Shown here one piece after another: positions 1 through 9,040 of a stretch of DNA of 64,000 nt (its first letter is position 1; the number at the start of each line of letters is the position of its first letter). Both the position numbers and the translations under genes were made by a program. Source of the DNA: Opitutia bacterium. Its GTDB lineage: Bacteria > Verrucomicrobiota > Verrucomicrobiia > Opitutales > UBA953. The DNA lies in NCBI GenBank assembly GCA_947470855.1, contig CANIUQ010000006.1, positions 7,783-71,782 on the forward strand. Reading direction: 5' to 3'. The notes below the pieces were generated by a model, which saw only the letters and a list, made by a program, of their open reading frames with translations, was not told the origin of the DNA and ran no database searches.

Positions 1-145
1 TAACGTCGCCCACCAACAAAGGCCAGACGGGAACTTGACGGCCGACAAGCAAGAGCGCCACACAGGCTATCAGCATCAAAAAAATTGCGCCTAACAACCA
101 AGGCACTAAGCGACGAAGTTTAGCTTTTGATTCTTCTTCATTCAT
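1..145 (-). CDS. hypothetical membrane protein, N-terminal fragment (continues past window start)
   Basis: This ORF is absent from the ORF track because it runs off the window. The reverse complement of 1-145 reads MNEEESKAKLRRLVPWLLGAIFLMLIACVALLLVGRQVPVWPLLVGDV, which contains one TM-like hydrophobic stretch. Its ATG (145-143) overlaps the coaX stop (144-142) as ATGA. Confidence 0.35.
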   Translation of the reverse strand, partial: MNEEESKAKLRRLVPWLLGAIFLMLIACVALLLVGRQVPVWPLLVGDV

Positions 146-894
146 AAAGTGGAGCGGCGATAAAATTCAGCTAAGCCCAAGAGGGTTAGGTGGGGCTCAT
201 GCATGACACGATTCTTCCAAGTCGCTGGTAAATAAATGGCCGCACCTCCTGTCACCACAACTCTCGGGGCGACGGAGCCAGAGTTTATCAACTCAGCCGA
301 AACACCATCAAGCAAAGCGCCTATCATTCCCGCAAAGCCTAGGGCACAGCCTGAACGCATCGCATCAACCGTTGATTTACCAATCGCAGGGGCGCCCAAA
401 AGAGAATCGGGATCCAAAGCAGGCAACAACGCGGTGCGCTCATGGAGATACTGCGTCATGACGCCTAATCCCGGGGCAATAATTCCTCCCGCATAGCCAC
501 GCTCCGTTAAAATATCGACCGTAGTTGCTGTGCCCATCCCAACAATAATCGCCGGCGCTCCCACAATCATTTGCGCACCAATACAATCAGCGAGACGATC
601 TTGCCCTACTTCAGCCGGAGAGGGATAATCAAACCCCAGCCCAATCAAATTGTCATAGCGCAGCTGTCGGAATGGAATTTTTAATGATTCCAAACAAGGT
701 AAAAGCGAAGCCGTCACCGCGGGCACCACACTAGCCAAGGCAATACCCGCAGGACGATGCTCGGAAACTAATTGGCGTAATTTACCTGCATCAAATTGTT
801 TCGTTGCAACTTCACCCTGTTGCAAGACGGTCTGGCCATCGAGTAAACCCCAATGCGCATGAGTATTTCCAATATCTAAACACAGGATAGCCAC
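142..894 (-). CDS. coaX: type III pantothenate kinase
   Basis: 250-aa ORF. It has the LCLDIGNTHAHWG (DxGNT) N-terminus and the GQDRLAD, GMGTATTVD, GGIIAPGL and GKSTVDAMRSG blocks typical of CoaX. It lies directly downstream of birA, a common arrangement. Confidence 0.9.
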   Translation of the reverse strand: MAILCLDIGNTHAHWGLLDGQTVLQQGEVATKQFDAGKLRQLVSEHRPAGIALASVVPAVTASLLPCLESLKIPFRQLRYDNLIGLGFDYPSPAEVGQDRLADCIGAQMIVGAPAIIVGMGTATTVDILTERGYAGGIIAPGLGVMTQYLHERTALLPALDPDSLLGAPAIGKSTVDAMRSGCALGFAGMIGALLDGVSAELINSGSVAPRVVVTGGAAIYLPATWKNRVMHEPHLTLLGLAEFYRRSTL

Positions 895-938
895 AGCGGA
901 AAATTAACTCGCCACGACACAAGGGCAAGAACGCACCT

Positions 939-1928
939 TTAATCTTTTCGGAGTGTAACCTCGCCCGATGAAATCACCTGAGTTAGGCCAGCGGGACTTT
1001 GTAAAATCAAAGACCCCTCTTCGTTAATGCCACGTACCACCCCTTCCTTTGGCTCTCCCAGCAAACCAATTTTAACGAACTTGCCCGTGAGTACATCGTA
1101 ACGCTCCCAATAAGGCATGAAAGATTTGATCCAAATGCCTACTTCGTAATCTTTCCACGCCGACCAAAGTGCCTGAAGAATTTCAGCGGCGATTTGGTTA
1201 ATCTCTAAATTAACTGAGGAGACTTGTGCTAAAGAACTAGCGAGCTGACGCAATTCTTCTGGGAAATCCTCACGCTGTGCGGTGACGTTTAAGCCTAAAC
1301 CAAAAACACACTCTCGAACGCGATCCGCATCCAATCGAGCTTCCGTCAACATCCCCGCCACTTTTCTACCATCAGGGGCTAAAAGATCATTGGGCCATTT
1401 TAATCCTAAACGAATTCCTAGATTTTTATCGAGATGAGCACAGAGGGCCAAGCCCATCCAAAGCGTAAAAGGTTTTAATCGCTCTGGGGCAATCAAAGGA
1501 CGAAAAGCGAGTGAGAGATAAAGATTTCCCAGATGACGACTATGCCATTTTCGTCCCAATCGACCACGGCCAGCGTTTTGTAATCGAGCAAGAACAGCAA
1601 AGGGCGCTTCTTGACCCGCCGCTAAACGTCGCTCGGCCTCCGAATTTGTACTATCAACTTCTGCAAGGAATTCTAGTTTCGGCTGAAAATTTAATCGCTG
1701 AAGATGGGCCTCAATCAAAGCAGGGTAAAGTTCACGGGGAGCCGATTTCAGTACGTAGCCCTTTCGCGTCGAAGCACTAAAAACAAAACCTGCACCCCGC
1801 AATCGCTCAAGGCGGTTCCAAATCGCCACTCGCGAAACGCCCAACTCCTTCGCGAGACGGTCTCCGCTGACGGACTGGTCTCGCGCATCTAAAAAATGAC
1901 GCAACAAATGGCTGTCCAGGTCCGCCAT
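939..1928 (-). CDS. birA: bifunctional biotin-[acetyl-CoA-carboxylase] ligase / biotin operon repressor
   Basis: 329 aa. It has an N-terminal HTH (LAKELGVSRVAIWNRLERLRGAGF), the catalytic GRGRLGRKW motif and a C-terminal SH3-like tail. Confidence 0.9.
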   Translation of the reverse strand: MADLDSHLLRHFLDARDQSVSGDRLAKELGVSRVAIWNRLERLRGAGFVFSASTRKGYVLKSAPRELYPALIEAHLQRLNFQPKLEFLAEVDSTNSEAERRLAAGQEAPFAVLARLQNAGRGRLGRKWHSRHLGNLYLSLAFRPLIAPERLKPFTLWMGLALCAHLDKNLGIRLGLKWPNDLLAPDGRKVAGMLTEARLDADRVRECVFGLGLNVTAQREDFPEELRQLASSLAQVSSVNLEINQIAAEILQALWSAWKDYEVGIWIKSFMPYWERYDVLTGKFVKIGLLGEPKEGVVRGINEEGSLILQSPAGLTQVISSGEVTLRKD

Positions 1929-1931
1929 GGT

Positions 1932-2858
1932 TTAAAGCCAATCCATTCCAATATCCGCCCAAGGGGCGGCGTGAGTTAAAGCACCCGCAGAAACAAAATC
2001 GGGGGCAATTTCACCAATCAAAGGCAAGGTTTGCAAATTTACGCCTCCACTGACTTCCGACCACGCTTGACCCCGCAAGAGACTCACCGCCTCGCGTAAC
2101 TGTGGCATCGTAAAATTATCCAGCAACACGATGTCGGCTCCCGCTTGCAGAACGGGTTTAATTTGAGAGAGATGATCAACCTCAACCTCTACTAACAAAT
2201 CGGGACGAGCAAGCCGGGCGCGAACCACCAAATCAGTTAGGCGCTCGGCCGCTGTCGCAGCACTGGCGGCGAGGTGATTATCCTTCACCATAATTCGGTC
2301 ATAAAGACCTAGGCGGTGATTATAGCCACCGCCCTGCCCCACCGCATATTTTTCTAACAAACGAAATCCTGGAGTCGTTTTTCGCGTATCCAACAAGCGA
2401 GTTGGAGAAGCCCCAAGAGCTTGCACATAAAGGCGTGTTTGCGTAGCCACGCCAGAGAGGCGCTGGAAAAAATTTAGTAACGTGCGCTCTGCTGTAAGCA
2501 ATTCCTTCGCTGGGCCTTCTAACTCGGCCAAAATCGTTCCCGCAGAAACAAAATCGCCTTCTGCCACGCGTGGTTGAACTCGGCAAGATGCCCCATAAAC
2601 TTCAAAAATAATCTCCAGTAAATTTAGTCCTGCGATCACCATGTCTCCGCGTGCAACGCAATGCGCTCGAGCACGGCCAATCGATCCAAGAATTTCCGTC
2701 GAGGGATCACCGAGACGGGCCGGCTTATCGCGCAAGCCGCCACCGCTTAAATCTTCTTCGCGGGCCAAAAGCACCAGCCGTCTTAGCCAATCTCGATCTA
2801 ATTCATCCCAACGTAAGCGGCGAACAAGTCGATGGGTTTGGCCAGAGTCGCGAGGCAT
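1932..2858 (-). CDS. nadC: nicotinate-nucleotide diphosphorylase (carboxylating), quinolinate phosphoribosyltransferase
   Basis: 308 aa. It carries the QPRTase blocks ERTLLNFFQRLSGVAT, TRKTTPG, KYAVGQGGGYNHRLGLYD, MVKDNH and LLDNF. Confidence 0.9.
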   Translation of the reverse strand: MPRDSGQTHRLVRRLRWDELDRDWLRRLVLLAREEDLSGGGLRDKPARLGDPSTEILGSIGRARAHCVARGDMVIAGLNLLEIIFEVYGASCRVQPRVAEGDFVSAGTILAELEGPAKELLTAERTLLNFFQRLSGVATQTRLYVQALGASPTRLLDTRKTTPGFRLLEKYAVGQGGGYNHRLGLYDRIMVKDNHLAASAATAAERLTDLVVRARLARPDLLVEVEVDHLSQIKPVLQAGADIVLLDNFTMPQLREAVSLLRGQAWSEVSGGVNLQTLPLIGEIAPDFVSAGALTHAAPWADIGMDWL

Positions 2859-2895
2859 TAAAAAACATTACTTCGCTGGCGTGAGTGAGCAAGGG

Positions 2896-4023
2896 TTAGC
2901 CGAAGAATCGTTTAAATTTATTCTTCCACGTGTCCGAAACGGGCGTTACCGCATCGCCAGAGACTTGGGCATAAGCCTTTAAGGCCTCTTTTTGTTCCTC
3001 TGATAACTTCTTCGGCACATCAATATCGACTCGCACTAATAAGTCACCCGAGCCACTACCACGCAAACTAGGCATGCCCTCGCCCTTGAGGCGGAAAATA
3101 GTACCGCCTTGAGTGCCTGCAGGAATCTTCAGAATGGTTTTTCCTTTTAATTTTGGCACTTCAATCGAACCCCCTAAGGTCGCTATCGAAAACTTAACGG
3201 GAACGGAGCACGCTAAATCATCACCATCACGCTCAAAGAGCTCGTGCTCTAAAACCGTAATAACGACATAAAGGTCACCCGCTTCGGCATTACGACGTCC
3301 AGCGGATCCATTACCCGTGGACCGCAAACGCGTACCGCTGTCGACCCCAGGCGGAATTTTAATATCCACTGAATGCTCAGCCACGACTCGCCCTTCGCCT
3401 GCACAGGCCTTACAAGGTTTTTCAATTTTCTCCCCTTCTCCTTGGCAAGTGGGACAGACCTGACGCATCGCAAAGAGACCTGTCGATCGAACAATGTGTC
3501 CCTGACCTCCACAAGTTGGACAACGACTTTTCTTAGAACCTGGCTCAGCCCCTGAACCTGAACACTTCGCACAAGCGACATGCTTGCGATAGGTGATTTT
3601 GCGGCTCACTCCACTCGCCGCCTCTTCTAAAGTAAGTTTGATGTCGTGACGTAAATCTTCACCAACACTTTCTTGAGCTCCACCGCCACCAAACATATCG
3701 CTAAAGGGATTCCCGCCACCAAACATTTGGTTAAAAATATCCATCGGGTCTGCCCCATGGAATCCTCCGCGACCTGCTCCAGGACCACCCGGACCGCCTT
3801 GTTCAAAAGCTGCCTCGCCGTGGGCATCGTAAAGCTTGCGCTTTTGTTCATCGGAAAGGACCTCGTAAGCCCGCGAAACTTTTTTGAATTTTTCTTCTGC
3901 TTCTTTACTCCCCTTGTTGCGATCGGGGTGAAACTCCATCGCTTTTTTACGATAGGCTTTTTTTATCTCTTCAGCAGAAGCATTTTTAGCGATGCCGAGA
4001 ATGGTGTAATAATCTTCTGCCAT
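2896..4023 (-). CDS. dnaJ: molecular chaperone DnaJ
   Basis: 375 aa. It has a J domain with HPD (FHPDRN), a Gly/Phe-rich linker and four CxxCxGxG zinc-finger repeats ([32 protein letters not shown]). Confidence 0.97.
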   Translation of the reverse strand: MAEDYYTILGIAKNASAEEIKKAYRKKAMEFHPDRNKGSKEAEEKFKKVSRAYEVLSDEQKRKLYDAHGEAAFEQGGPGGPGAGRGGFHGADPMDIFNQMFGGGNPFSDMFGGGGAQESVGEDLRHDIKLTLEEAASGVSRKITYRKHVACAKCSGSGAEPGSKKSRCPTCGGQGHIVRSTGLFAMRQVCPTCQGEGEKIEKPCKACAGEGRVVAEHSVDIKIPPGVDSGTRLRSTGNGSAGRRNAEAGDLYVVITVLEHELFERDGDDLACSVPVKFSIATLGGSIEVPKLKGKTILKIPAGTQGGTIFRLKGEGMPSLRGSGSGDLLVRVDIDVPKKLSEEQKEALKAYAQVSGDAVTPVSDTWKNKFKRFFG

Positions 4024-4029
4024 AAAAAA

Positions 4030-4542
4030 TTAAGCGGAGGCGGGGCCAGAAGAGACAATGACAGAGGCGGGGCGCAGAACGCGTTCATGCAAAGCCCAGC
4101 CAGCACGAGCCACTTGGATGATAGTCCCCTCGGGCACGGTGTCGCTGGGTTGTTGCGCAACCGCTTCGTGTTGTGCGGGATTAAACACCTCGCGAGCAGG
4201 ATTTAACTCAGCCAAGCCATGCGTTTGTAGCGTTTGCCGTAATTGTTGAATCGCCATGCGAAACCCTTCGGCGACTGCCTTGCCTTCACTCTGGCCATTC
4301 GCGGCCACAAGACCTAAGGACAGTGCATCGAGCGAGGGTAAAAGATCTTCAATAAAAGAGGCTGTTGCATATTTACGCAAATCTTCGCGGTCGCGCTGAA
4401 ACCGGCGTTGTTGATTTTGTTGGTCGGCTTGACTGCGCAACAGTGCATCGCGCAGACGAGCCACTTCCGCTTCCAGTTCTTGCACACGAGTCACCTCGGG
4501 AGGAACAGGGGGAACAGCATCAGATGGAGTAGCGTCGGTCAT
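4030..4542 (-). CDS. grpE: nucleotide exchange factor GrpE
   Basis: 170 aa. It has a coiled-coil N-terminal half and a GrpE C-terminal beta domain (FNPAQHEAV...IIQVARAGW...RVLRPASV). It ends 6 bp upstream of dnaJ. Confidence 0.93.
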   Translation of the reverse strand: MTDATPSDAVPPVPPEVTRVQELEAEVARLRDALLRSQADQQNQQRRFQRDREDLRKYATASFIEDLLPSLDALSLGLVAANGQSEGKAVAEGFRMAIQQLRQTLQTHGLAELNPAREVFNPAQHEAVAQQPSDTVPEGTIIQVARAGWALHERVLRPASVIVSSGPASA

Positions 4543-4546
4543 AATC

Positions 4547-5362
4547 TTATTTTTTTTCGCCTAAAAGTTTTTCCGTAATAGACTTTCTTAATTCATGGTT
4601 GGCAATTTCCATGGATAGTCGCGGAGCTACGACTGCCACACTCGCTAAAGCTTGTGCGCCTAAGGGAATAGTCACCGTTTGATTAAGATTCTTCTCTGTT
4701 ACATTTTTGGCTTCGAAAACGAAATTAAATTCTCGATCCAAAATAACTTCGGGAGCACGGTCCTCCGTTTCCACAATAATTTTGACATGACCCACTCGTA
4801 TCAGGGCATTGTCAATGAGGAAGGATTTTTTGGAAGTGGGCTCATTTTCGGTATTAGACTTAACCGCGGAAGAAGAAGCAGACGAAGCCTCGCCTTTTAA
4901 GGCACGCAAAATATCCTGCGCGTTATTGTCTTTCATGTATCTTTTTGAACCAACCAAAACTAATTCATCGATATCACACTCTAATTGCTGGATATGGCGG
5001 GTGCCACCGCCAATAAATGAAAGAGGATTCAAATCGATTTTGAGAGATTTAACTTTGAGAAACGATTTTTCCTGCCAACGCGAAGGATTTGTAATTTGGA
5101 AATTTTCTAAACTAAGTCGGCCAACTAAAAGGTTGGTTTGATTGGTCTCACAGGTGAGCCCTGCTCCGGCTTTGGTCGAAAGCGCAGTGTCTAAAATAGT
5201 CGGAGCAAAACGACCAACCAACCAAAGCCCAATCACGCTGACTAAAATTAGAAAAACAAGCACCCCGGCCAGCAGTTTGAGAAATCGTCGCGATACGAGG
5301 CCGAGACGTGTGAATTGTTCAGATTTAGCCATGGACGTATTTTTCAGCACTAGCCGTGCCAC
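4547..5362 (-). CDS. hypothetical membrane-anchored protein (possibly AsmA/DUF748-like N-terminus)
   Basis: 271 aa with a single N-terminal TM helix (LLAGVLVFLILVSVIGLWLVG); the remainder is hydrophilic. I cannot recognise a family with certainty. An alternative ATG lies at 5332. The gene ends 4 bp upstream of grpE, so it is probably co-transcribed. Confidence 0.5.
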   Translation of the reverse strand: MARLVLKNTSMAKSEQFTRLGLVSRRFLKLLAGVLVFLILVSVIGLWLVGRFAPTILDTALSTKAGAGLTCETNQTNLLVGRLSLENFQITNPSRWQEKSFLKVKSLKIDLNPLSFIGGGTRHIQQLECDIDELVLVGSKRYMKDNNAQDILRALKGEASSASSSAVKSNTENEPTSKKSFLIDNALIRVGHVKIIVETEDRAPEVILDREFNFVFEAKNVTEKNLNQTVTIPLGAQALASVAVVAPRLSMEIANHELRKSITEKLLGEKK

Positions 5363-5414
5363 CTTGATTGGTCAATGGAGTACATAATAAGGCCTGAAAA
5401 GAGCAATTTATTGA

Positions 5415-5446
5415 ACAAAAAACCCGCCGTGTGTCTTTCGGCGGGT
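5415..5446 (-). terminator. rho-independent terminator downstream of the 5477-5992 lipoprotein gene
   Basis: On the minus strand the sequence reads GGACCCGCCGaaagacacaCGGCGGGTTTTTT, a 7-bp GC stem (5423-5429 / 5439-5445) followed by a T-run. Confidence 0.7.
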
Positions 5447-5476
5447 CCTTCTGTCACGCACTGTGACGCAAGTAAA

Positions 5477-5992
5477 TTACTCTGCTGGGGGCGTGGAAGT
5501 CACCACATTGCAGGTAACCAAATCACCCGCCATAAGATGAAGCGACTTCAACTGATTGGGGAGGATATTGGCAACAATCTGGGTGTCGTTCACCGAAATG
5601 ACCTCAACGAGGAGAAGTTTACCTTCCTTGACGAGTTGTAAGCGGGTAAAGAGTTCAGGCTTTTCCGAACGTGCAAGGGAAACGAGTCCATCAGTTTCAC
5701 GAATCCCGATGACAATCGCTTTGTCGGACTCCTTGGGAGGCTCAACCGCGACAACATCAGCCGAAGCACCGCGGGCTGATTTGGCGGCAGACCTCGACTC
5801 CCAAGAGAAACGAGTGGCAACGCCATAAGAATTGGAATCTACCGCCTTCATAGACTTCTTCGCTGGCTTCGATTCTGCTACCATTTCATGACCAGTGTCT
5901 TCAAAGATATCTGCTGAATCATAATCATCCGAAAAATCCTCACAGGCCGTTAGTAAAAAGGAGGCGGACAGAATAACTAAGAAGCGCTGCAT
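5477..5992 (-). CDS. hypothetical lipoprotein
   Basis: 171 aa. It has a signal peptide with a lipobox (SFLLTAC) and an acidic linker. No family recognised. Confidence 0.55.
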   Translation of the reverse strand: MQRFLVILSASFLLTACEDFSDDYDSADIFEDTGHEMVAESKPAKKSMKAVDSNSYGVATRFSWESRSAAKSARGASADVVAVEPPKESDKAIVIGIRETDGLVSLARSEKPELFTRLQLVKEGKLLLVEVISVNDTQIVANILPNQLKSLHLMAGDLVTCNVVTSTPPAE

Positions 5993-6091
5993 AAAACAGT
6001 GGATTAAGCCCTTAAAATCCCTCTGAGAGACAGTTGAGTCAACCCCTTAATGCTTGCGACAAGGGCCAGCCTCGGCTTCTTCGATAGCCTA

Positions 6092-6976
6092 ATGAGCCCA
6101 GAAACCTTGAAATTAATGCTTGGCCTGCCCAAGGGCAGCTTAGAGGAAGCCACCCTGCAATTATTTGCTAGGGCCGGATACCCTATTGCCAAGAGCAGTC
6201 GCTCTTATCGCCCTAGTTTTGATGACCCCTCCCTGGACGGCCGATTTATTCGTGCCCAAGAAGTCGCTCGTTATGTTGAACATGGGTTCTTTGACTTTGG
6301 CCTAACAGGCCAAGATTGGGTTCAAGAAAACGCCGCCGACGTGGTCGAAGTTTGCGAACTCGTCTACAGTCGCGCCTCAGCCCAAAAGTCTCGCTGGGTT
6401 CTTTGCGTACCCGAAAGCTCTCCCGTCAAAACCGTCAAAGATCTTGCTGGTAAAACGATCGCCACTGAACTGGTTGAAACCACTCGTCGTTGGTTCCAAA
6501 AGCAAGGAGTCGCATGCACCGTTGAGTTTTCTTGGGGAGCCACGGAAGTCAAAGTGCCCGAACTCGCTGACGCGATTGTCGACATCACTGAAACAGGTTC
6601 ATCCATCATTGCGAACAAGCTTCGAATCGTCGATACACTACTCTCTACTACCACCGTGCTTATCGCCAATAAAGCGTCGTGGGCGAATCCAGCAAAACGT
6701 GCCAAAATTGAGCAAATTGCCTTGATGCTGAAGGGTGCACTCGCGGCTCAGCATATGGTTGGATTAAAATTCAATCTGCCACGCAAATCGCTCGATGCTG
6801 TTTCCGCAGCGCTACCTTCTTTGCGCAATCCCACGATTTCGCCTCTAAGCAACACAGAGTGGGTGGCAATTGAGTCAATTATTGATGCCCGACAATCACG
6901 GGAATTTATTCCAACCCTCAAAGCTCAAGGAGCTGAAGGGATTGTCGAGTACCCCATCAATAAACTCGTCTATTAA
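6092..6976 (+). CDS. hisG: ATP phosphoribosyltransferase (long form with C-terminal regulatory domain)
   Basis: The ORF opens at 6050, but the conserved N-terminus [20 protein letters not shown] begins right after the ATG at 6092. The blocks [39 protein letters not shown] and the HisG C-terminal domain are present. Confidence 0.9.
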   Translation: MSPETLKLMLGLPKGSLEEATLQLFARAGYPIAKSSRSYRPSFDDPSLDGRFIRAQEVARYVEHGFFDFGLTGQDWVQENAADVVEVCELVYSRASAQKSRWVLCVPESSPVKTVKDLAGKTIATELVETTRRWFQKQGVACTVEFSWGATEVKVPELADAIVDITETGSSIIANKLRIVDTLLSTTTVLIANKASWANPAKRAKIEQIALMLKGALAAQHMVGLKFNLPRKSLDAVSAALPSLRNPTISPLSNTEWVAIESIIDARQSREFIPTLKAQGAEGIVEYPINKLVY

Positions 6977-6989
6977 TTGACATTGTACC

Positions 6990-7859
6990 ATGGCGGAAAT
7001 CACTCGCATTGGATTAATCCAACTCACCGCTGAAGACACGCCAGCGGCGAATGTTCGAAAAACCATTCCGCGTATTGAAGAAGCGGCTGCCCGTGGGGCC
7101 AAAATCATTGGCTTACAGGAAATGTTCACGACCAAATATTTCTGTATCGAACAGAACCCTAAGCATTTCCAGTTAGCCGAACCCATTGAAAGCGGACCTT
7201 CGGTCAGCGCACTCGCCAACGTCGCCAAAAAACTCGGCGTTGTTATTGTCGCTCCTCTTTTTGAAGCTCGTGGTAGCGAAGTTTATCACAACACCGCCGC
7301 CGTTATCGATGCGGACGGATCAGTCTTGGGCAAATACCGCAAAATGCACATCCCGCAAGATCCTGGTTTCGAGGAAAAGTTTTATTTTACTCCTGGCGAC
7401 TTAGGTTTTCGCACTTGGTCAACGGCCCACGGAAAAATCGGCGTTTTAATTTGCTGGGATCAATGGTACCCCGAAGCGGCTCGACTGACGGCTTTAAGTG
7501 GAGCCAACATCTTATTCTATCCTACGGCGATTGGCTGGTTGCCGGAAGAAAAAGCGACGCTAGGCCAAGCCCAACACACCGCCTGGGAAACCGTACAACG
7601 CGGTCATGGTGTCGCCAATGGATGCTATATTGCAGCAACCAACCGAGTTGGCATCGAAGGACAGACTCAATTCTGGGGACAAAGTTTCGTTTCCAATCCT
7701 TACGGCGAAATCATCGCCAAAGCTTCAATCGATAAAGAGGAGGTACTTATCGCCGATTGCGATTTAGAAAAACAAAAAGAGTTTCGCCGAATCTGGCCTT
7801 TCTTCCGCGATCGCCGCATCGATGCTTATAGTGATTTAACCAAACGGTTACGCGATTAA
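6990..7859 (+). CDS. aguB: N-carbamoylputrescine amidase (carbon-nitrogen hydrolase family)
   Basis: 289 aa. It has the nitrilase-superfamily Glu/Lys/Cys context (GLQEMF, YRKMHIP, ICWDQWYPE). It lies 3 bp upstream of agmatine deiminase. Confidence 0.85.
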   Translation: MAEITRIGLIQLTAEDTPAANVRKTIPRIEEAAARGAKIIGLQEMFTTKYFCIEQNPKHFQLAEPIESGPSVSALANVAKKLGVVIVAPLFEARGSEVYHNTAAVIDADGSVLGKYRKMHIPQDPGFEEKFYFTPGDLGFRTWSTAHGKIGVLICWDQWYPEAARLTALSGANILFYPTAIGWLPEEKATLGQAQHTAWETVQRGHGVANGCYIAATNRVGIEGQTQFWGQSFVSNPYGEIIAKASIDKEEVLIADCDLEKQKEFRRIWPFFRDRRIDAYSDLTKRLRD

Positions 7860-7862
7860 TTT

Positions 7863-8891
7863 ATGGAGTCTCCGCGCGCACTCGGCTTCCGCATGCCTGC
7901 TGAATGGGAACGCCAATCAGCCACTTGGCTTTCTTGGCCATCCAATCCTCAACTTTGGCCAGGGCATTACTCTCTCATTCCCGCAAAATTTGCTGAATTT
8001 GCTGCGGCCATTTCTCGGTTTCAATCGGTTCGCATTAATGCCGCCGGGACTTTACGCAAAGAAGCCGAATCAGCCCTGCGCGAAGCAAAAGCGGATCTCT
8101 CCGTTATCGAGATTTTTGAAATCCCAACGAATGACGTTTGGTGTCGCGACCATGGCCCACTTTTTGTTAAAAATAATCGCACGGGTGAAGTCGCCATCAC
8201 CGACTGGGAGTTTCACGGGTGGGGTGGAAAATTTACCGCCACGCTCGACAATCAAGTTCCAGAAAAAATTGCCCAAGCACTCAATTTAAAGCGCTTCGCC
8301 TTTCCTTTTGAGCTAGAAGGCGGTGGCATTGAAGTTACTGGCGATGGAATTTTATTAACCACCGAGGCGGTGCAGAATAATCCCAACCGCGCAACCGGCC
8401 GAGATAATCGCGCCTTTGAATCCGCTATTCGCGATGGGCTAAGTATCGATGAGATTCTATGGATTGGTGAAGGACTAGCGAACGATGATACTGATGGTCA
8501 CATTGATAATCTCGCACGCTTCGTGAACCCCAACACCCTTGTCGCCGTCACCGAAAAAAATCCTGCCTCACCGAACTACGCTCCACTGAAGAAAAACTGG
8601 GAGCGATTAAGCGCGATGACTTCGAAAAGCGGTGGTCGTTTTAACCTCATCGAACTTCCTTTACCCGAACCCATTCATCTAGCGGGGAGAGATCTCCCGC
8701 CAAGTCATGCCAATTTCCTCATCGTGAACGATGGCGTGCTAGTCCCTCTTTACGGTCAAAAGTCAGATGACCTTGCCCTAGGCATTTTAAGAGAGTGCTT
8801 CCCTGGTCGAAAAGTCGTTGGCATCGATTGTCGCGTTCTGCTTATCGAAGGCGGTGCGCTTCACTGCCTTAGTCAACAGCAGCCCGCTTAA
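7863..8891 (+). CDS. aguA: agmatine deiminase
   Basis: 342 aa of the peptidyl-arginine-deiminase (Porphyromonas type) family. Blocks include MPAEWE, WCRDHGP, DGHIDN and a C-terminal GGALHCLSQQQP with the catalytic Cys. Confidence 0.88.
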   Translation: MESPRALGFRMPAEWERQSATWLSWPSNPQLWPGHYSLIPAKFAEFAAAISRFQSVRINAAGTLRKEAESALREAKADLSVIEIFEIPTNDVWCRDHGPLFVKNNRTGEVAITDWEFHGWGGKFTATLDNQVPEKIAQALNLKRFAFPFELEGGGIEVTGDGILLTTEAVQNNPNRATGRDNRAFESAIRDGLSIDEILWIGEGLANDDTDGHIDNLARFVNPNTLVAVTEKNPASPNYAPLKKNWERLSAMTSKSGGRFNLIELPLPEPIHLAGRDLPPSHANFLIVNDGVLVPLYGQKSDDLALGILRECFPGRKVVGIDCRVLLIEGGALHCLSQQQPA

Positions 8892-9040
8892 GAGCGAGGC
8901 GGGCGAACCTTGGTGGAGCAGTTACAACCACCAGCACATCCGCCGTTCTGACGTGCCTTGAAGGACTGCACTGCACGTTTGACTAACCAACCTACGGCCG
9001 CGCCAACGAGAAAGAAAATGATGAGCGACTCCAGAGTCAT
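8888..9040 (-). CDS. FeoB-associated Cys-rich membrane protein
   Basis: The 50-aa product from the internal ATG at 9040 is MTLESLIIFFLVGAAVGWLVKRAV...GGCAGGCNCS, one TM helix plus a Cys-rich tail. Its ATG overlaps the feoB stop as ATGA. The longer 94-aa track ORF would overlap feoB extensively. Confidence 0.7.
   Translation of the reverse strand: MTLESLIIFFLVGAAVGWLVKRAVQSFKARQNGGCAGGCNCSTKVRPPRS

Noticed and set aside
3673-4206. 177-aa ORF antisense to dnaJ/grpE
   Set aside because: It is a shadow ORF opposite highly conserved chaperone genes.
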